Positions 18,013 to 28,068 of a stretch of 64,000 bases of DNA are shown piece after piece. Numbering within the stretch: the first letter of the stretch is position 1; each line of letters starts with the position of its first letter. Under the pieces are notes generated by a model. That model was not told the origin of the DNA, did not search any database, and saw only the letters and a list, made by a program, of their open reading frames with translations. The DNA comes from Candidatus Aenigmatarchaeota archaeon (GTDB taxonomy: Archaea; Aenigmatarchaeota; Aenigmatarchaeia; PWEA01). The stretch spans positions 7,915 through 71,914 of the forward strand of contig PWEA01000005.1 of NCBI GenBank assembly GCA_003553905.1. Reading direction: 5' to 3'. The position numbers and the translations under genes are program-made.

Positions 18013-19179
18013 TTACATCAACTTTCTTGCTGATTTTATCATCTTAGGTCTCTTAAGTAAAAGCCTTCCGAGTTTCGATAGTCTCTTTCCCTGAGTAAAC
18101 TTCATAAGATCATCACCATCGAGCTTCCGTGATAAATAATTCAGGTCTTCGTCGTCAAGATCCTCAAGAACTTCCCTGAGACTTTCCACATTCTTGAGAT
18201 CCTTTCCTCTCTCTTTCCACCATCTTTTATTATACTTCTGTAGGTTCTCGCTTGTTGTATCACCCTTTTCCAAGGCCTCGGTGACTACATCCGAAGCTAT
18301 AACCCCCGCCTTTATGCCTTCTCTTATTCCCCCACCGTGGATGGGATTTACCTGGTTCGCTGCATCACCGACTGCCAGAAGATTTTCTGCTGTCATGTCG
18401 TCAAGAAAACCTCCCACAGGAATCAGTCCAGAATTGACCTCAACCACCGAAGCTCTTTCAAATCTATCGTTACTATCTATAAACTTATCGAGATAATGCT
18501 TTGCATTTTTATCTGCATCTCCCGATATCCCGATACCAACGTTTGCCTTGTTCTCACCCTTTGGAAACACCCATACATAACCACGTGGTGCAACATCATC
18601 TCCAAAGTAAAGCTCAAGCTTATGTTTGTCCTTTAGGTCAAGGTTCACCATCTCGTACTGATATCCCGAATCAACTAGATGCATCTGTGAAGATCCTCTT
18701 ACCCCTCCCTTTCTTGCTATCAAAGATTCGACACCGTCTGCAGCTATTACCATCCGTGACTCAACTCTTTTTGTCTCGCCTTCGACCTCAACAACCACAC
18801 CTCTGTTATCAGGTAGAAGATCAACCACATCGGACTTTGCACGGACCTTTGCACCGGCATTTGCAGCTCTCTCCGCCATCCATTTGTCGAACATCTTTCT
18901 TTCAATTATCCAACCAACGGTTTCATTGGAATGTATTCTTACATAGTCTCCGTTGGGCGAGAAAACCAGGGCACCGTTCATCGATTGCATGCGGCAGTAG
19001 TCGGGTATATCAAGATCAAGTTCGTCCATGGCACTCAAAGAAAGTCCCTCGCCACATCTTTTTGGCGCTCCTATCTCTTGTCTTTTTTCATAAACAACAA
19101 CATCGTATCCTTCGTCTGCAAGTCCCTTTGCAACCGAACATCCCGCGGGACCTGCTCCTACAACTACAACATCTTTCAT
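18013..19179 (-). CDS. Geranylgeranyl reductase (digeranylgeranylglycerophospholipid reductase)
   Basis: N-terminal FAD fold VVVGAGPAGCSVAKGLADEGYDVVVYEKR, then RCGEGLS. 388 aa. Confidence 0.8.
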   Translation of the reverse strand: MKDVVVVGAGPAGCSVAKGLADEGYDVVVYEKRQEIGAPKRCGEGLSLSAMDELDLDIPDYCRMQSMNGALVFSPNGDYVRIHSNETVGWIIERKMFDKWMAERAANAGAKVRAKSDVVDLLPDNRGVVVEVEGETKRVESRMVIAADGVESLIARKGGVRGSSQMHLVDSGYQYEMVNLDLKDKHKLELYFGDDVAPRGYVWVFPKGENKANVGIGISGDADKNAKHYLDKFIDSNDRFERASVVEVNSGLIPVGGFLDDMTAENLLAVGDAANQVNPIHGGGIREGIKAGVIASDVVTEALEKGDTTSENLQKYNKRWWKERGKDLKNVESLREVLEDLDDEDLNYLSRKLDGDDLMKFTQGKRLSKLGRLLLKRPKMIKSARKLM

Positions 19180-19358
19180 CTGTTACCACCAACGGTTATA
19201 GATCCAACGGGGCATAGTTTCTCACAGTTACCACAGCTTATACATCTCCTTTCGTCTATTTCAATACCGTTTTCCGTGAGGACGAGAGCATCTACAGGAC
19301 ACACTGCAACGCATCCGCCACATCTCAAACATTTCTTTCTTTCTATTTCCCATGTCAT
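19176..19358 (-). CDS. 4Fe-4S ferredoxin
   Basis: Two CxxCxxCxxxCP clusters (CLRCGGCVAVCP, CISCGNCEKLCP). Overlaps the GGR start by 4 nt. Confidence 0.7.
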   Translation of the reverse strand: MTWEIERKKCLRCGGCVAVCPVDALVLTENGIEIDERRCISCGNCEKLCPVGSITVGGNR

Positions 19359-19390
19359 GCCAAGATACCTCAGATCACAATTTTTAATTA

Positions 19391-20695
19391 TTACGGTTCA
19401 AGTCTATCGGGAGTCCTGGGGAAAAGCACAGCCTCCTTTATGTTTTCTATACCAAGAACACTTGCTATAAACCTATCCAAACCCATTCCAAAACCTCCGT
19501 GTGGTGGCATTCCATATCTAAATGCATCGAGATAAAACCTCATATCACTCGGATCCATACCCTGCTCTTCTATTCTCTTCTTTAAAAGCTCCAGGTTATG
19601 TATCCTCTGTCCACCGGAAGACAGCTCCCATGATCTATAGTTTAAATCAAAGGTCTGCGAGTATTTTGTATCCTCAGGATCTGGTCTGTAGTAGAAGGCT
19701 CTTTCGTCTGCAGGCCATCTCTTTATAAAATAAAAGTCGTGTCCTTCTTCCTTAAGCCTATCACCTATTTTTCTCATGGCCTTTATGTTTATATCCTCCC
19801 CCCATTGTATATCCTCTCCCTCCTCCTCTGCTATTTCTAAAGCTTCATCATAAGTTAACCTTTTCAATGGAAGCTCTGGTATTTCTAGACCTACATCCAA
19901 CTCTTCAAGCTGTTTGCGGCCTTTTTCTTTTATCATATTTACCATATCTCGGACAACCATCTCCTGTACCTCCATGACATCTTCTTGGTCCTCTATAAAT
20001 GACATCTCCATGTCCACAGACCATGATTCTGTAAGATGCCTTGGAGTCCGACTTTTTTCGGCACGCCACTGTGGAGTTATTTCGTATACCCTTTCAGCAC
20101 CACTCGCCTGCATCAGTTGTTTGTAAAGCTGTGCAGACTGAACCAAGAAAGCTTCTCTTTCGTAATATATTATAGGAAAGACTTCAGCGCCACCCTCGGT
20201 GCCCGAAACTGTTATCTTTGGTGTGTGAACCTCCATAAACCCGTTCTCCTCTAAACATTTCCTGGCTCCACGGCAGGCAAGGTCCCTGACCTCGAATATA
20301 GCCCTTCTATCGACCTTTCTTAAATCCATAAAACGGTTGTCAAGTCGTGTAGCAAGATTGGCATCCTGTTTTCCGCGTGGATCCATAGGAAGAGGTTTTT
20401 TTGCCTCGGAAAGTAGTTCAAGACTCTCGGGGTGTATTTCATTCCCGCCAGGTGCCTGTTCGTTTTCTTTTACAGCACCAACGACTGATATAACTGACTC
20501 ACGGGTAAGTTCCTCTGCGAGTTCAAGTAGGTTCCCATCAACCTCATCCTCTTTAACCGTTATCTGAACCTCGCCGTATCTATCCGCCAATATAAGAAAC
20601 ATTATACTTCCGAGATCCCTCTTTTCGCGTAGCCAACCCTGAACCTTCACGCTACCCGAGCTACCGGCGATATCCGAAGTGTGTATTCTTTCCAT
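19391..20695 (-). CDS. aspS: Aspartyl-tRNA synthetase (archaeal type, class IIb)
   Basis: N-terminal OB fold, class II motifs and C-terminal GMGLDRFIASVLG..FPRTPDRLEP. 434 aa matches archaeal AspRS. AsnRS cannot be strictly excluded. Confidence 0.7.
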   Translation of the reverse strand: MERIHTSDIAGSSGSVKVQGWLREKRDLGSIMFLILADRYGEVQITVKEDEVDGNLLELAEELTRESVISVVGAVKENEQAPGGNEIHPESLELLSEAKKPLPMDPRGKQDANLATRLDNRFMDLRKVDRRAIFEVRDLACRGARKCLEENGFMEVHTPKITVSGTEGGAEVFPIIYYEREAFLVQSAQLYKQLMQASGAERVYEITPQWRAEKSRTPRHLTESWSVDMEMSFIEDQEDVMEVQEMVVRDMVNMIKEKGRKQLEELDVGLEIPELPLKRLTYDEALEIAEEEGEDIQWGEDINIKAMRKIGDRLKEEGHDFYFIKRWPADERAFYYRPDPEDTKYSQTFDLNYRSWELSSGGQRIHNLELLKKRIEEQGMDPSDMRFYLDAFRYGMPPHGGFGMGLDRFIASVLGIENIKEAVLFPRTPDRLEP

Positions 20696-20704
20696 GGTAA
20701 ATCC

Positions 20705-20956
20705 TCAAAGATTGTAGAAAAATACTGAGAAAACTGCCCAAATAAGTATAAATGGCACTGCTCCGTTGCTAATCCACCACTTTAGTCCCCTTTCTTCATC
20801 CTCAGAAACAAATATCTTTGCCGCATTGCCTGTAACTAGAAGAACTGCGATTGCTACTCCGAGTGCATGCGTAGGTTGACCAGTAAAGTTTGAAAGGTAT
20901 CCTGCAACGGCACCTGATAATGCATGTACTGATGTCAGTAGTTTGTCGTCGTCCAT
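20705..20956 (-). CDS. Small membrane protein
   Basis: 83 aa with two hydrophobic helices. Confidence 0.4.
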   Translation of the reverse strand: MDDDKLLTSVHALSGAVAGYLSNFTGQPTHALGVAIAVLLVTGNAAKIFVSEDEERGLKWWISNGAVPFILIWAVFSVFFYNL

Positions 20957-21040
20957 AATACCCCCACAGTTTAAGCTACACTGGTTTTTATAGTTTGTAC
21001 TTAAATAATTTATTTAAATCTAGGAGAAAAAGTTAACTCC

Positions 21041-21682
21041 ATGAAAAGGGTCCATGGATACGTATCCATTGTTATCGTGTCTTTTCTTCTCCTTGGCAGC
21101 ATTGCATCGGCGGACTTCTTCAGCGAGGATCTAATGATAATTGTTGGGATAGAAGAAAGGATGGACATAGAGGTAACGGACTGTACGGGTTACGGAGACG
21201 AAACAATAGAAAAGAAACTAGGTGAATGGGGTCACTGTAATATAAGTCTTAGAAACGAAGGAAATACCGACTTCACCTTTAACATCACAGCTCCCCTTGA
21301 CCAAGGAAACAGAGACTGGACAAGATGGAAGTTTGAATGTACCGATGACATCGGAACGTGTAACGGTGAATCAGATTCAGAAATGGAGCCCCTGGATAAG
21401 GATCCTAAGGTAAGCAACATAGAACTCAATGCCGGTGAAAGTACACTGCTTCGATTAAATACCTCGGTTTCGTTATCAGGAAAGAGCTCCATAATAGGGC
21501 TTGTTATGGTCTATGAAGATCAAGAAGGTGATCCCGAGGAAGTAGGTAAAATTACCGTTATAACCGAGGACGAAATGGGTGATGAATATGGCCCCTTTGT
21601 AGCGCCTGGGTACACAGAAACTTCAATCATAGCACTCTTTATACTATCGGTTTCACTGTTTTCGTTAACAAAAATCAGATAG
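21041..21682 (+). CDS. Secreted protein with Sec signal peptide and C-terminal TM anchor
   Basis: N-terminal signal VSIVIVSFLLLGSIASA. C-terminus PGYTETSIIALFILSVSLFSLTKIR: a tripeptide, a TM helix, then a basic tail, which is PGF-CTERM-like. Confidence 0.5.
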   Translation: MKRVHGYVSIVIVSFLLLGSIASADFFSEDLMIIVGIEERMDIEVTDCTGYGDETIEKKLGEWGHCNISLRNEGNTDFTFNITAPLDQGNRDWTRWKFECTDDIGTCNGESDSEMEPLDKDPKVSNIELNAGESTLLRLNTSVSLSGKSSIIGLVMVYEDQEGDPEEVGKITVITEDEMGDEYGPFVAPGYTETSIIALFILSVSLFSLTKIR

Positions 21683-22339
21683 ATTTCCTTGGTTCTTTTC
21701 CTCGACCATTCTTTCTGCCGTTACCCAACTATTCCTAACTACATGAGGAAAAACGCCGTCTCTTTCAAGAACTCTATGAAGAAACTTCTTTGTCCTGTCA
21801 TCACTGGGATACCCATTTCCTATCTCCTCGTCAAGTTTTCTTTCTATATCAACTACTGAACTATCTCTTGTTACCTTGGCAAGAATAGAGGCCGCAGAAA
21901 CAACCGGATAGTTTTCATCTGCCTTGTTCTCTGCAACTATTTCCACAGTCTTTCTTGCTTCCTCGCTCAGAAGACTTTGTATAACCCTTTGAACCTTGTC
22001 CGTATTCGCTTCTGTGGCATCAACTATTGCCCTATCTGGTCTTAAAGTATCTATAAGATTCGCCATTCGTTTGGCTTCTATGAGGTTCAGACTCATGCTC
22101 CTCATCTCTTCATCTATTTTGCTGGCCCTTATCTTTATCACAGCAAAATCATGAGCAACCTCTTTTACCTGCTCTTCCAGCTCTTCCCTTCTCTTCTTAC
22201 TAAGTTTTTTAGAATCATCGACACCCATATCTTCAAGAACCTTCTCCTTTCCCTCCTCGACTACAACCGCAGCTATACAAAGAGGACCAACTACGGCCCC
22301 TCTACCGGCCTCATCAACTCCCAGAACAAGATCAGACAC
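21665..22339 (-). CDS. rnhB: Ribonuclease HII
   Basis: VLGVDEAGRGAVVGPLCIAAV N-terminal catalytic motif. Confidence 0.85.
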   Translation of the reverse strand: MSDLVLGVDEAGRGAVVGPLCIAAVVVEEGKEKVLEDMGVDDSKKLSKKRREELEEQVKEVAHDFAVIKIRASKIDEEMRSMSLNLIEAKRMANLIDTLRPDRAIVDATEANTDKVQRVIQSLLSEEARKTVEIVAENKADENYPVVSAASILAKVTRDSSVVDIERKLDEEIGNGYPSDDRTKKFLHRVLERDGVFPHVVRNSWVTAERMVEEKNQGNLSDFC

Positions 22340-22443
22340 CTTAGCACCATAGAAAAAATAGTTTTTGAACTTATTAAGATTCGGATACTAATCCAACAAA
22401 CTTTAAAAGCTTACTTCACAATTCAATTAAGGTAGTGAAATAA

Positions 22444-22518
22444 AGCGGGGTAGAGCAGCCTGGAGTGCTCGTCGGGCTCATAACCCGGAGGTCGGTGGTT
22501 CAAATCCACCCCCCGCTA
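22444..22518 (+). tRNA. tRNA-Met(CAU), initiator type
   Basis: Cloverleaf read by eye: acceptor AGCGGGG/CCCCGCU with an A1:U72 pair, D-arm GAGC..GCUC, anticodon loop CUCAUAA with three G:C pairs at the bottom of the anticodon stem, T-arm GGUGGUUCAAAUCCACC, discriminator A. No CCA is encoded. Confidence 0.8.
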
Positions 22519-22584
22519 CTATTTTCTAAAACAGCTCTGGAACAAGGCAAGGTATATAAATTTTTGTATTGTAAATAGTTAGAT

Positions 22585-23109
22585 ATGTCATCGAAAGAAG
22601 ATGCTCATGCTCCTGAATATAGGGTAAGAGGTGGTGAATTGGATTTTCCCCTCGATCCCGAAGAATTCGCTGAACTCCTTAGAAATGTAGAACTTATGGA
22701 GCTTGTTGATAAAAAACCTATATACCCCGGTGTAGAGAGATTGAAACCTGAAAACTCAACCAGAAGTAGAAAGGTTATAAACGGGTCGGGTGTGGGTGAA
22801 AAAACATCAGAAATTCTTGGTCTAGAAAATGATCTAATAGGTGAAGTATACTGCATAGAGGACAACTCCATATCGATACTTCTGGGAACAGAAACCCTGG
22901 GCAGGGGTGATGGCTACAAGAACCCTCTGAATTACAGTGTAAGGAAAGAAGGTAAAACACTGATACATTCGTTCAGGTGGAAGGGAACGGACTCGCCCGA
23001 TACAGAAACCGATTATGAAAAAAGGATACTCGATGCTTACGGTGATATAACAATGTCAAACAGAGATGATGTAGCAGACTACATGGAAATATGGACCGAT
23101 GGAGAGTAG
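22585..23109 (+). CDS. Hypothetical protein
   Basis: 174-aa ORF with no recognisable motif. Confidence 0.45.
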   Translation: MSSKEDAHAPEYRVRGGELDFPLDPEEFAELLRNVELMELVDKKPIYPGVERLKPENSTRSRKVINGSGVGEKTSEILGLENDLIGEVYCIEDNSISILLGTETLGRGDGYKNPLNYSVRKEGKTLIHSFRWKGTDSPDTETDYEKRILDAYGDITMSNRDDVADYMEIWTDGE

Positions 23110-23159
23110 AACTGCTTTTCTTGATAAAATACTTTAAAACTCCAAAAGTATACACATCC

Positions 23160-23711
23160 ATGCTAACACAAGAACAAGGCTCGAAGGTACTGGAATATAC
23201 AAGGAAAGTCTTCGAAAACTACATAGAAGGCCAAACTATACCCGATCCTCCCGACGAAGATTTCTTCAAAGAAAACAAAGGTGTTTTTGTAACGCTGAAA
23301 GGGGGAGATAATTTAAGAGGTTGTGTTGGGGTTCCCAGTCCCCGATTCAAACTTGGAGAAGCCATAAGGAGAGCTGCTATGTCTGCGGTAGATGATAGAA
23401 GATTTCCCCGGGTAGAAAAACACGAAACCAAAAAGATCGATATAGAGGTAACCATACTGACCGAACCTAAAACTATAGAAGTACAGGATCCATCGGATTA
23501 CTTAAAGAAGATAGAGATAGGTGAAGATGGACTGATAATAGAAAGGGGGAGTAAAAGCGGTCTTCTCCTTCCCCAGGTTCCTGTTGAACAGGACTGGAAC
23601 TGCAAGGAATATCTTAGGGGTCTGTGCAAAAAGGCTTTACTGGATCCAGATGCCTGGAAAAATAGTTCGACAGAGATAAAATCCTTCAGGGGTCAGATCT
23701 TTAGAGAATAG
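23160..23711 (+). CDS. AMMECR1-domain protein
   Basis: The LRGCVGV motif matches the AMMECR1 LRGCIG signature. Start is trimmed to the internal ATG (MLTQEQ..) to avoid overlap with the upstream gene. Confidence 0.65.
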   Translation: MLTQEQGSKVLEYTRKVFENYIEGQTIPDPPDEDFFKENKGVFVTLKGGDNLRGCVGVPSPRFKLGEAIRRAAMSAVDDRRFPRVEKHETKKIDIEVTILTEPKTIEVQDPSDYLKKIEIGEDGLIIERGSKSGLLLPQVPVEQDWNCKEYLRGLCKKALLDPDAWKNSSTEIKSFRGQIFRE

Positions 23712-23803
23712 ATACAATGACCACACTATATATACGATTTCTCGACATACAACGAGATAACCTTTATATATAACACATATCAATTGATATCATACGTGGT
23801 AAA

Positions 23804-24076
23804 ATGATTGAAATAGCATTCGTTCTTGTCTGCCTCCTAGCTCCTGTACTTGCTAAGTACGCAGGAATAATGGAGAGGGCAAAAAGAGGATTTTCATTGA
23901 TCGCTGGAGCAGGTATACTTTACCTGCTTTCTGCTTCCTTCGCAAGAACAGAACTTGTAGTTGAAGAAGCAGCTGAACTAGCAACATGGGGTTCCTACCT
24001 ATTTGGTCTCATTGGATGGATCTTCGTACTTGTGGGATCCCTTATGGTAGCATACAAATTTGCGATCGAGGAATAG
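23804..24076 (+). CDS. Small membrane protein
   Basis: 90 aa with three hydrophobic helices. Confidence 0.4.
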   Translation: MIEIAFVLVCLLAPVLAKYAGIMERAKRGFSLIAGAGILYLLSASFARTELVVEEAAELATWGSYLFGLIGWIFVLVGSLMVAYKFAIEE

Positions 24077-24106
24077 TAGAGACATAAAAAATCTCTACAC
24101 CTTTTC

Positions 24107-24943
24107 TTATTTTTTATCTTTGAAAACGCAGTCTACACATATCTTCCATTTTCTAGGAGCAAACGGTAAGACCTTTCTAGTGTCCTTTATCTCTGTTTCC
24201 TTGTTGTTTCTTCGTCCTGCCTCAATGAGGTTCTCCTTGGCTTTGTCGTAAAGTCCATCTTCTCCACTCCAACTATAGTAATGTACGATGCCTGTATCTT
24301 TCAAACACTTCACAGCCAAATCTAGAAACCTATCCGAATCCTTTGGAAGTGGCATAAGAACCCTATCACACATTCCAAAATATTCGGGACATATATCCAT
24401 CACATCACCTTTGAGAGGAACCACAGTATCCTCAAGCTTGTTCAGTTTTATGTTTTCCTCGAGATAATCGCATGCAGCTGGATTTAACTCAACTGCATAT
24501 ATCTTATTGACATCCTTTTCCCTGGCTATTACAATTGGGAATGGTCCAACACCTGCAAACATGGCCATTATAGTTTCACCCCTCTCGACCTGCTCCATTA
24601 TCCTCTGCCTTTCCGTTGCCTCCTTCTCAGAAAAATAAACCTTTGTTGGGTCAAGTTTAAACCGACATCCATGTTCTTTATGTATGGTTTCTATATTGTC
24701 CATCCCTGCTATTAGTTCATAGTCCCTCGTCCGAAACTCTCCTTTACGACCCGAAGTCTCTCTCAAAACCGTCCTTATATGACTGTTGAGTTCCATCAGT
24801 CTTTCGCCTATGATATCCTTCCTATGTTCAAGTTCCTCGGGAACCTCCAATATAGCTACATCACCCACTACCTCAAAGGACTTGACTAGATGGTCAAGCT
24901 CGTCGTCGTCAAGATCGTCTTCTAAAGCATCCTTGAGATCCAT
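24107..24943 (-). CDS. Trm5/Taw2-family (Met-10+ like) tRNA methyltransferase
   Basis: Class I SAM methyltransferase with MFAGVGPFPIVIA and AVELNP motifs, as in tRNA(m1G37) methyltransferase / wybutosine Taw2 enzymes. Confidence 0.65.
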   Translation of the reverse strand: MDLKDALEDDLDDDELDHLVKSFEVVGDVAILEVPEELEHRKDIIGERLMELNSHIRTVLRETSGRKGEFRTRDYELIAGMDNIETIHKEHGCRFKLDPTKVYFSEKEATERQRIMEQVERGETIMAMFAGVGPFPIVIAREKDVNKIYAVELNPAACDYLEENIKLNKLEDTVVPLKGDVMDICPEYFGMCDRVLMPLPKDSDRFLDLAVKCLKDTGIVHYYSWSGEDGLYDKAKENLIEAGRRNNKETEIKDTRKVLPFAPRKWKICVDCVFKDKK

Positions 24944-26403
24944 AGTGAAACACCTCTAAAAAAATCATCTAAAACCCTGGCTGTGTTTTCGACAAAAAGA
25001 TCCAAAGTTCCTGGTAAGGTTGGGTCCTCTAGCACACGTCTCTCTTCTATATCTATTTCTTCTTTTCTAGCGTCAAACGTATGGTTTAGATATATATCTT
25101 CCATGTCGAAGGTCTGGTTATTTATACGGTCCAGACAACTATCAAACTCAGTCCTGCTTTCATTATAACATGGTCGCATGTCGACTATATCCTCCATAAT
25201 TCTAGCTTTTTCGCCGGGATCTTCGATCCTTCTCCCGATTTCAGAAAGCTCACTATACAAATCTCTTAACGAATCCATACCCTCGTTCTTTACATGATTG
25301 CGTATAATAAGCTCTGAAAGGGCATAACCAAATGTTCTTGAATCCTCGTACTCTTCGTTTCTGGGTGACCAGTATACTATCCAGTCATCACCCTCCGAAT
25401 AGTAGTCCCATAGTTCGTCGGAAGAAGACTTGGAAGGTATCCTATACCTCGAGCCATCTTCGGTGTAGTCCACTGCCTCTCCAAACACTTCGGCTCTAGG
25501 AAAACCAACGACCTCGGAAAAGAGAAGTTCTGTGAACTGCGCAGTCCCCTCATCATAGTAGGCTGTTCCTGTTGAATCCCAGTTGAGAGCTCGATCGTTA
25601 AACGCATGTGTTGTTTCATGTAAAAGTGTACTTATCATATCTATATGGTCCATCTTTTCACGTATCGCTACAAGTCCGCCTGATTTATACATACCATCAC
25701 TCCACGATCCGAACTCGTCATCGTAGGAATCATCAGAAAGCACCACAACAGGAATCTTTTCATGTGGGTTCGAAACTCCTGTAACATGCTCGACAATTGG
25801 AAACATCTCCTCCGCTTCTGAGAAGTCATAGTCCTCAGAATAGTAATAATTATCTGTAGATTCGCCTCCGTCGGAAAGGTATCCCAATAACCAGAGATTA
25901 CCTTCCCCTTCGAACTTAAGAAGACCATCGGAATACTGTGATTTAAACAAAAATGGTTCGTTCCATGAAACCAACCGGGTATCTTCTACAACCACGTTTG
26001 TCTTTCTACCATCAAAGCCAAAAAGCCCCACATCTAGCCTTTTCAACCCGGAAAAGGGTTCTGTAAGAGCCCGATTCTTTGACCAAGCCACCTCTATATC
26101 ATGCTCTCTTCTTGAAACGGACGAATCGACCTCCAGGACCAAGTTACCGCCATCATAGCTATATGTAGCTTCTCCAACCTGACTGGATACGTTGATTACA
26201 TCTATATCTTCTTCAAGTCCAACCGTAATCCTTGCCCCACCAACGGCTTCCTCTGACTCCAGTAGGAGAAACGAATCCACTAGAGCTGAACCGCCGTCCA
26301 ACTCAACATCATGTCTAACAAAGGCCGAGGTCGTCGACGAAACAAGCGAAAAAAATAGTACAAAAGCAACTAAAGTACAAAAGCTCTTCGTGTATGGACG
26401 CAT
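24922..26403 (-). CDS. Secreted protein with HExxH zinc-metallopeptidase-like motif
   Basis: N-terminal signal (FCTLVAFVLFFSLVSSTTSA) and LLHETTHAF. 493 aa. Confidence 0.5.
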   Translation of the reverse strand: MRPYTKSFCTLVAFVLFFSLVSSTTSAFVRHDVELDGGSALVDSFLLLESEEAVGGARITVGLEEDIDVINVSSQVGEATYSYDGGNLVLEVDSSVSRREHDIEVAWSKNRALTEPFSGLKRLDVGLFGFDGRKTNVVVEDTRLVSWNEPFLFKSQYSDGLLKFEGEGNLWLLGYLSDGGESTDNYYYSEDYDFSEAEEMFPIVEHVTGVSNPHEKIPVVVLSDDSYDDEFGSWSDGMYKSGGLVAIREKMDHIDMISTLLHETTHAFNDRALNWDSTGTAYYDEGTAQFTELLFSEVVGFPRAEVFGEAVDYTEDGSRYRIPSKSSSDELWDYYSEGDDWIVYWSPRNEEYEDSRTFGYALSELIIRNHVKNEGMDSLRDLYSELSEIGRRIEDPGEKARIMEDIVDMRPCYNESRTEFDSCLDRINNQTFDMEDIYLNHTFDARKEEIDIEERRVLEDPTLPGTLDLFVENTARVLDDFFRGVSLWISRML

Positions 26404-26532
26404 ACAGTCTACTGATGGGCCCAGAGATAAAAAACTTTAGAAAGTAAACGATAACTCTTCCTGCGCCACCCAAACCGATCGAAACGATGATCGGTGATGG
26501 GATATTTAAAGTTTAAGAAACCTACTTTTTCC

Positions 26533-27273
26533 ATGCTCACTCTTATAGGCCTCGGTCTTATAGACGAAAAAGACATAAGTATCAGAGGTCTCGAAGCATT
26601 GGAACAATCCGATGAGGCCTTCCTTGAGATATACACCTCGCCCTGGAAAGGTCGGAGAGGCCTCGCGGACTATACAGATATTGATATAGAAACCGTTAGT
26701 AGGAGCGACCTGGAAGAAAACGTTGATAGAATACTGGATCTGGCTGAGAAGAAGGATATCGCTGTATTGATACCCGGTGATCCTCTTGTAGCTACCACAC
26801 ACGTAGAACTTTTAATCCAAGCCAAGAGAAGAGGTATAGATACAAGTATTGTGCACTCATCCTCGATCTATTCGGCTGTAGCTGAAACAGGCCTTCAGAT
26901 ATACAAGTTTGGAAAAACCACTACAATACCAACGCCACAGAAAAACTACAGACCTGAATCACCATATGAAGCAATAGCTGAAAACAAGGCCATGGGTCTT
27001 CATACTCTTGCCCTTCTTGATATAAAGGAAGATGCTATGAAAGTCAAAGAAGGATTAGAATATCTTTTAGAACTCGAAGAAAGGAAGGGTGACGGTATAA
27101 TAGACAAGGATGAAAAGGTTGTGGCATTCAGTATAGGAAAAGGTAAAAAAAGCATAGCTTACAGAAGGCTGGGAGAAATGTTAGAAATGGATTTTCCAAC
27201 TCCGGCAGTAGTAGTTTTCCCTGGGAAGCTCCACGAAAAGGAAGAGGAGGCACTCGAGCTACTTTCCATTTGA
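26533..27273 (+). CDS. dph5: Diphthine synthase (Dph5)
   Basis: MLTLIGLGL tetrapyrrole-methylase-fold N-terminus and ~247 aa. The track ORF starts 13 codons upstream; the internal ATG is chosen by homology. Confidence 0.8.
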   Translation: MLTLIGLGLIDEKDISIRGLEALEQSDEAFLEIYTSPWKGRRGLADYTDIDIETVSRSDLEENVDRILDLAEKKDIAVLIPGDPLVATTHVELLIQAKRRGIDTSIVHSSSIYSAVAETGLQIYKFGKTTTIPTPQKNYRPESPYEAIAENKAMGLHTLALLDIKEDAMKVKEGLEYLLELEERKGDGIIDKDEKVVAFSIGKGKKSIAYRRLGEMLEMDFPTPAVVVFPGKLHEKEEEALELLSI

Positions 27274-27283
27274 TGGTGTTAAG

Positions 27284-27529
27284 ATGAGAGAAACAGAAAA
27301 GCTACTCGTGAAGGAAACAGACAAATGGCTATCCAGATTAAAGAGCAAAGAAGTGATCTCTTTAGGTAAAAAAGGCGACATGATCAAAGAAAATATAGAA
27401 GCATACACGGAGGATGCAGAACACTTTTTAGACAAGGATGACCTCGTACGAGCGTTTGAAGCAGTTGTTTGGGCATGGAGCTGGCTAGAGATAGGTGAAG
27501 AACTGGGGAAAGTAGAAAGATCCGAATAA
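27284..27529 (+). CDS. Hypothetical small protein (possibly DUF357-like)
   Basis: 81 aa. DDLVRAFEAVVWAWSWLEIG recalls a small archaeal DUF family. Confidence 0.4.
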   Translation: MRETEKLLVKETDKWLSRLKSKEVISLGKKGDMIKENIEAYTEDAEHFLDKDDLVRAFEAVVWAWSWLEIGEELGKVERSE

Positions 27530-27550
27530 TTTTCTCGAAGTATAAATATC

Positions 27551-27955
27551 TTGACCTGGAACTATTTCTCGTCGAGCAAAACCTTGGACTGTGTGGTGAA
27601 TATCATCGAAAAAAAGAATTATGTAAAAAATCATCCAGGAGAAGATGCTACCGAAGACGAATGGGTAGAGATGTACAAGCAACATATCAATAGAGAAAAA
27701 AACGAGGGTATAGAAGGCTTTGTTACAGCCTACGAACTACTCGGAGAAGACAGACACAGATGGTTAAAAAGGATCTTAGGGATAGACAAGAAAATGAAGA
27801 AACCTCCCGAAGAACACAGAGAAGAGGAGGATATCTACAGGATACGAAACGAAACTGGAAAGTACGGAGAAATGCTGTCTGAGAATGAAAGAAAGCATCC
27901 AGGAGAAGAGAATTCCGACGATATCTGGTTAGAAAGATACGATGGATCTAGGTAG
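27551..27955 (+). CDS. Hypothetical protein
   Basis: 134-aa charged ORF. Confidence 0.4.
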   Translation: MTWNYFSSSKTLDCVVNIIEKKNYVKNHPGEDATEDEWVEMYKQHINREKNEGIEGFVTAYELLGEDRHRWLKRILGIDKKMKKPPEEHREEEDIYRIRNETGKYGEMLSENERKHPGEENSDDIWLERYDGSR

Positions 27956-28068
27956 TTTTTCGGATTAAATGAAGTGTTGTTAAAAACACCTGCAGTTTTA
28001 CTACTTTAGAGTTACAAATAACCCAAACCTTTAAATAGTAGGAATGTTAATTACTAATTGGTGGTAAT

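Noticed and set aside
18194-19470. Several 100-240-aa plus-strand ORFs opposite GGR, ferredoxin and AspRS
   Set aside because: They are antisense to three strongly supported genes. Their products are P/S/H/L-rich, as expected for shadows of GC-richer coding sequence.
22444-22518. Alternative reading of the tRNA as elongator tRNA-Met
   Set aside because: The A1:U72 terminal pair and the three consecutive G:C pairs closing the anticodon stem are hallmarks of archaeal initiator tRNA.
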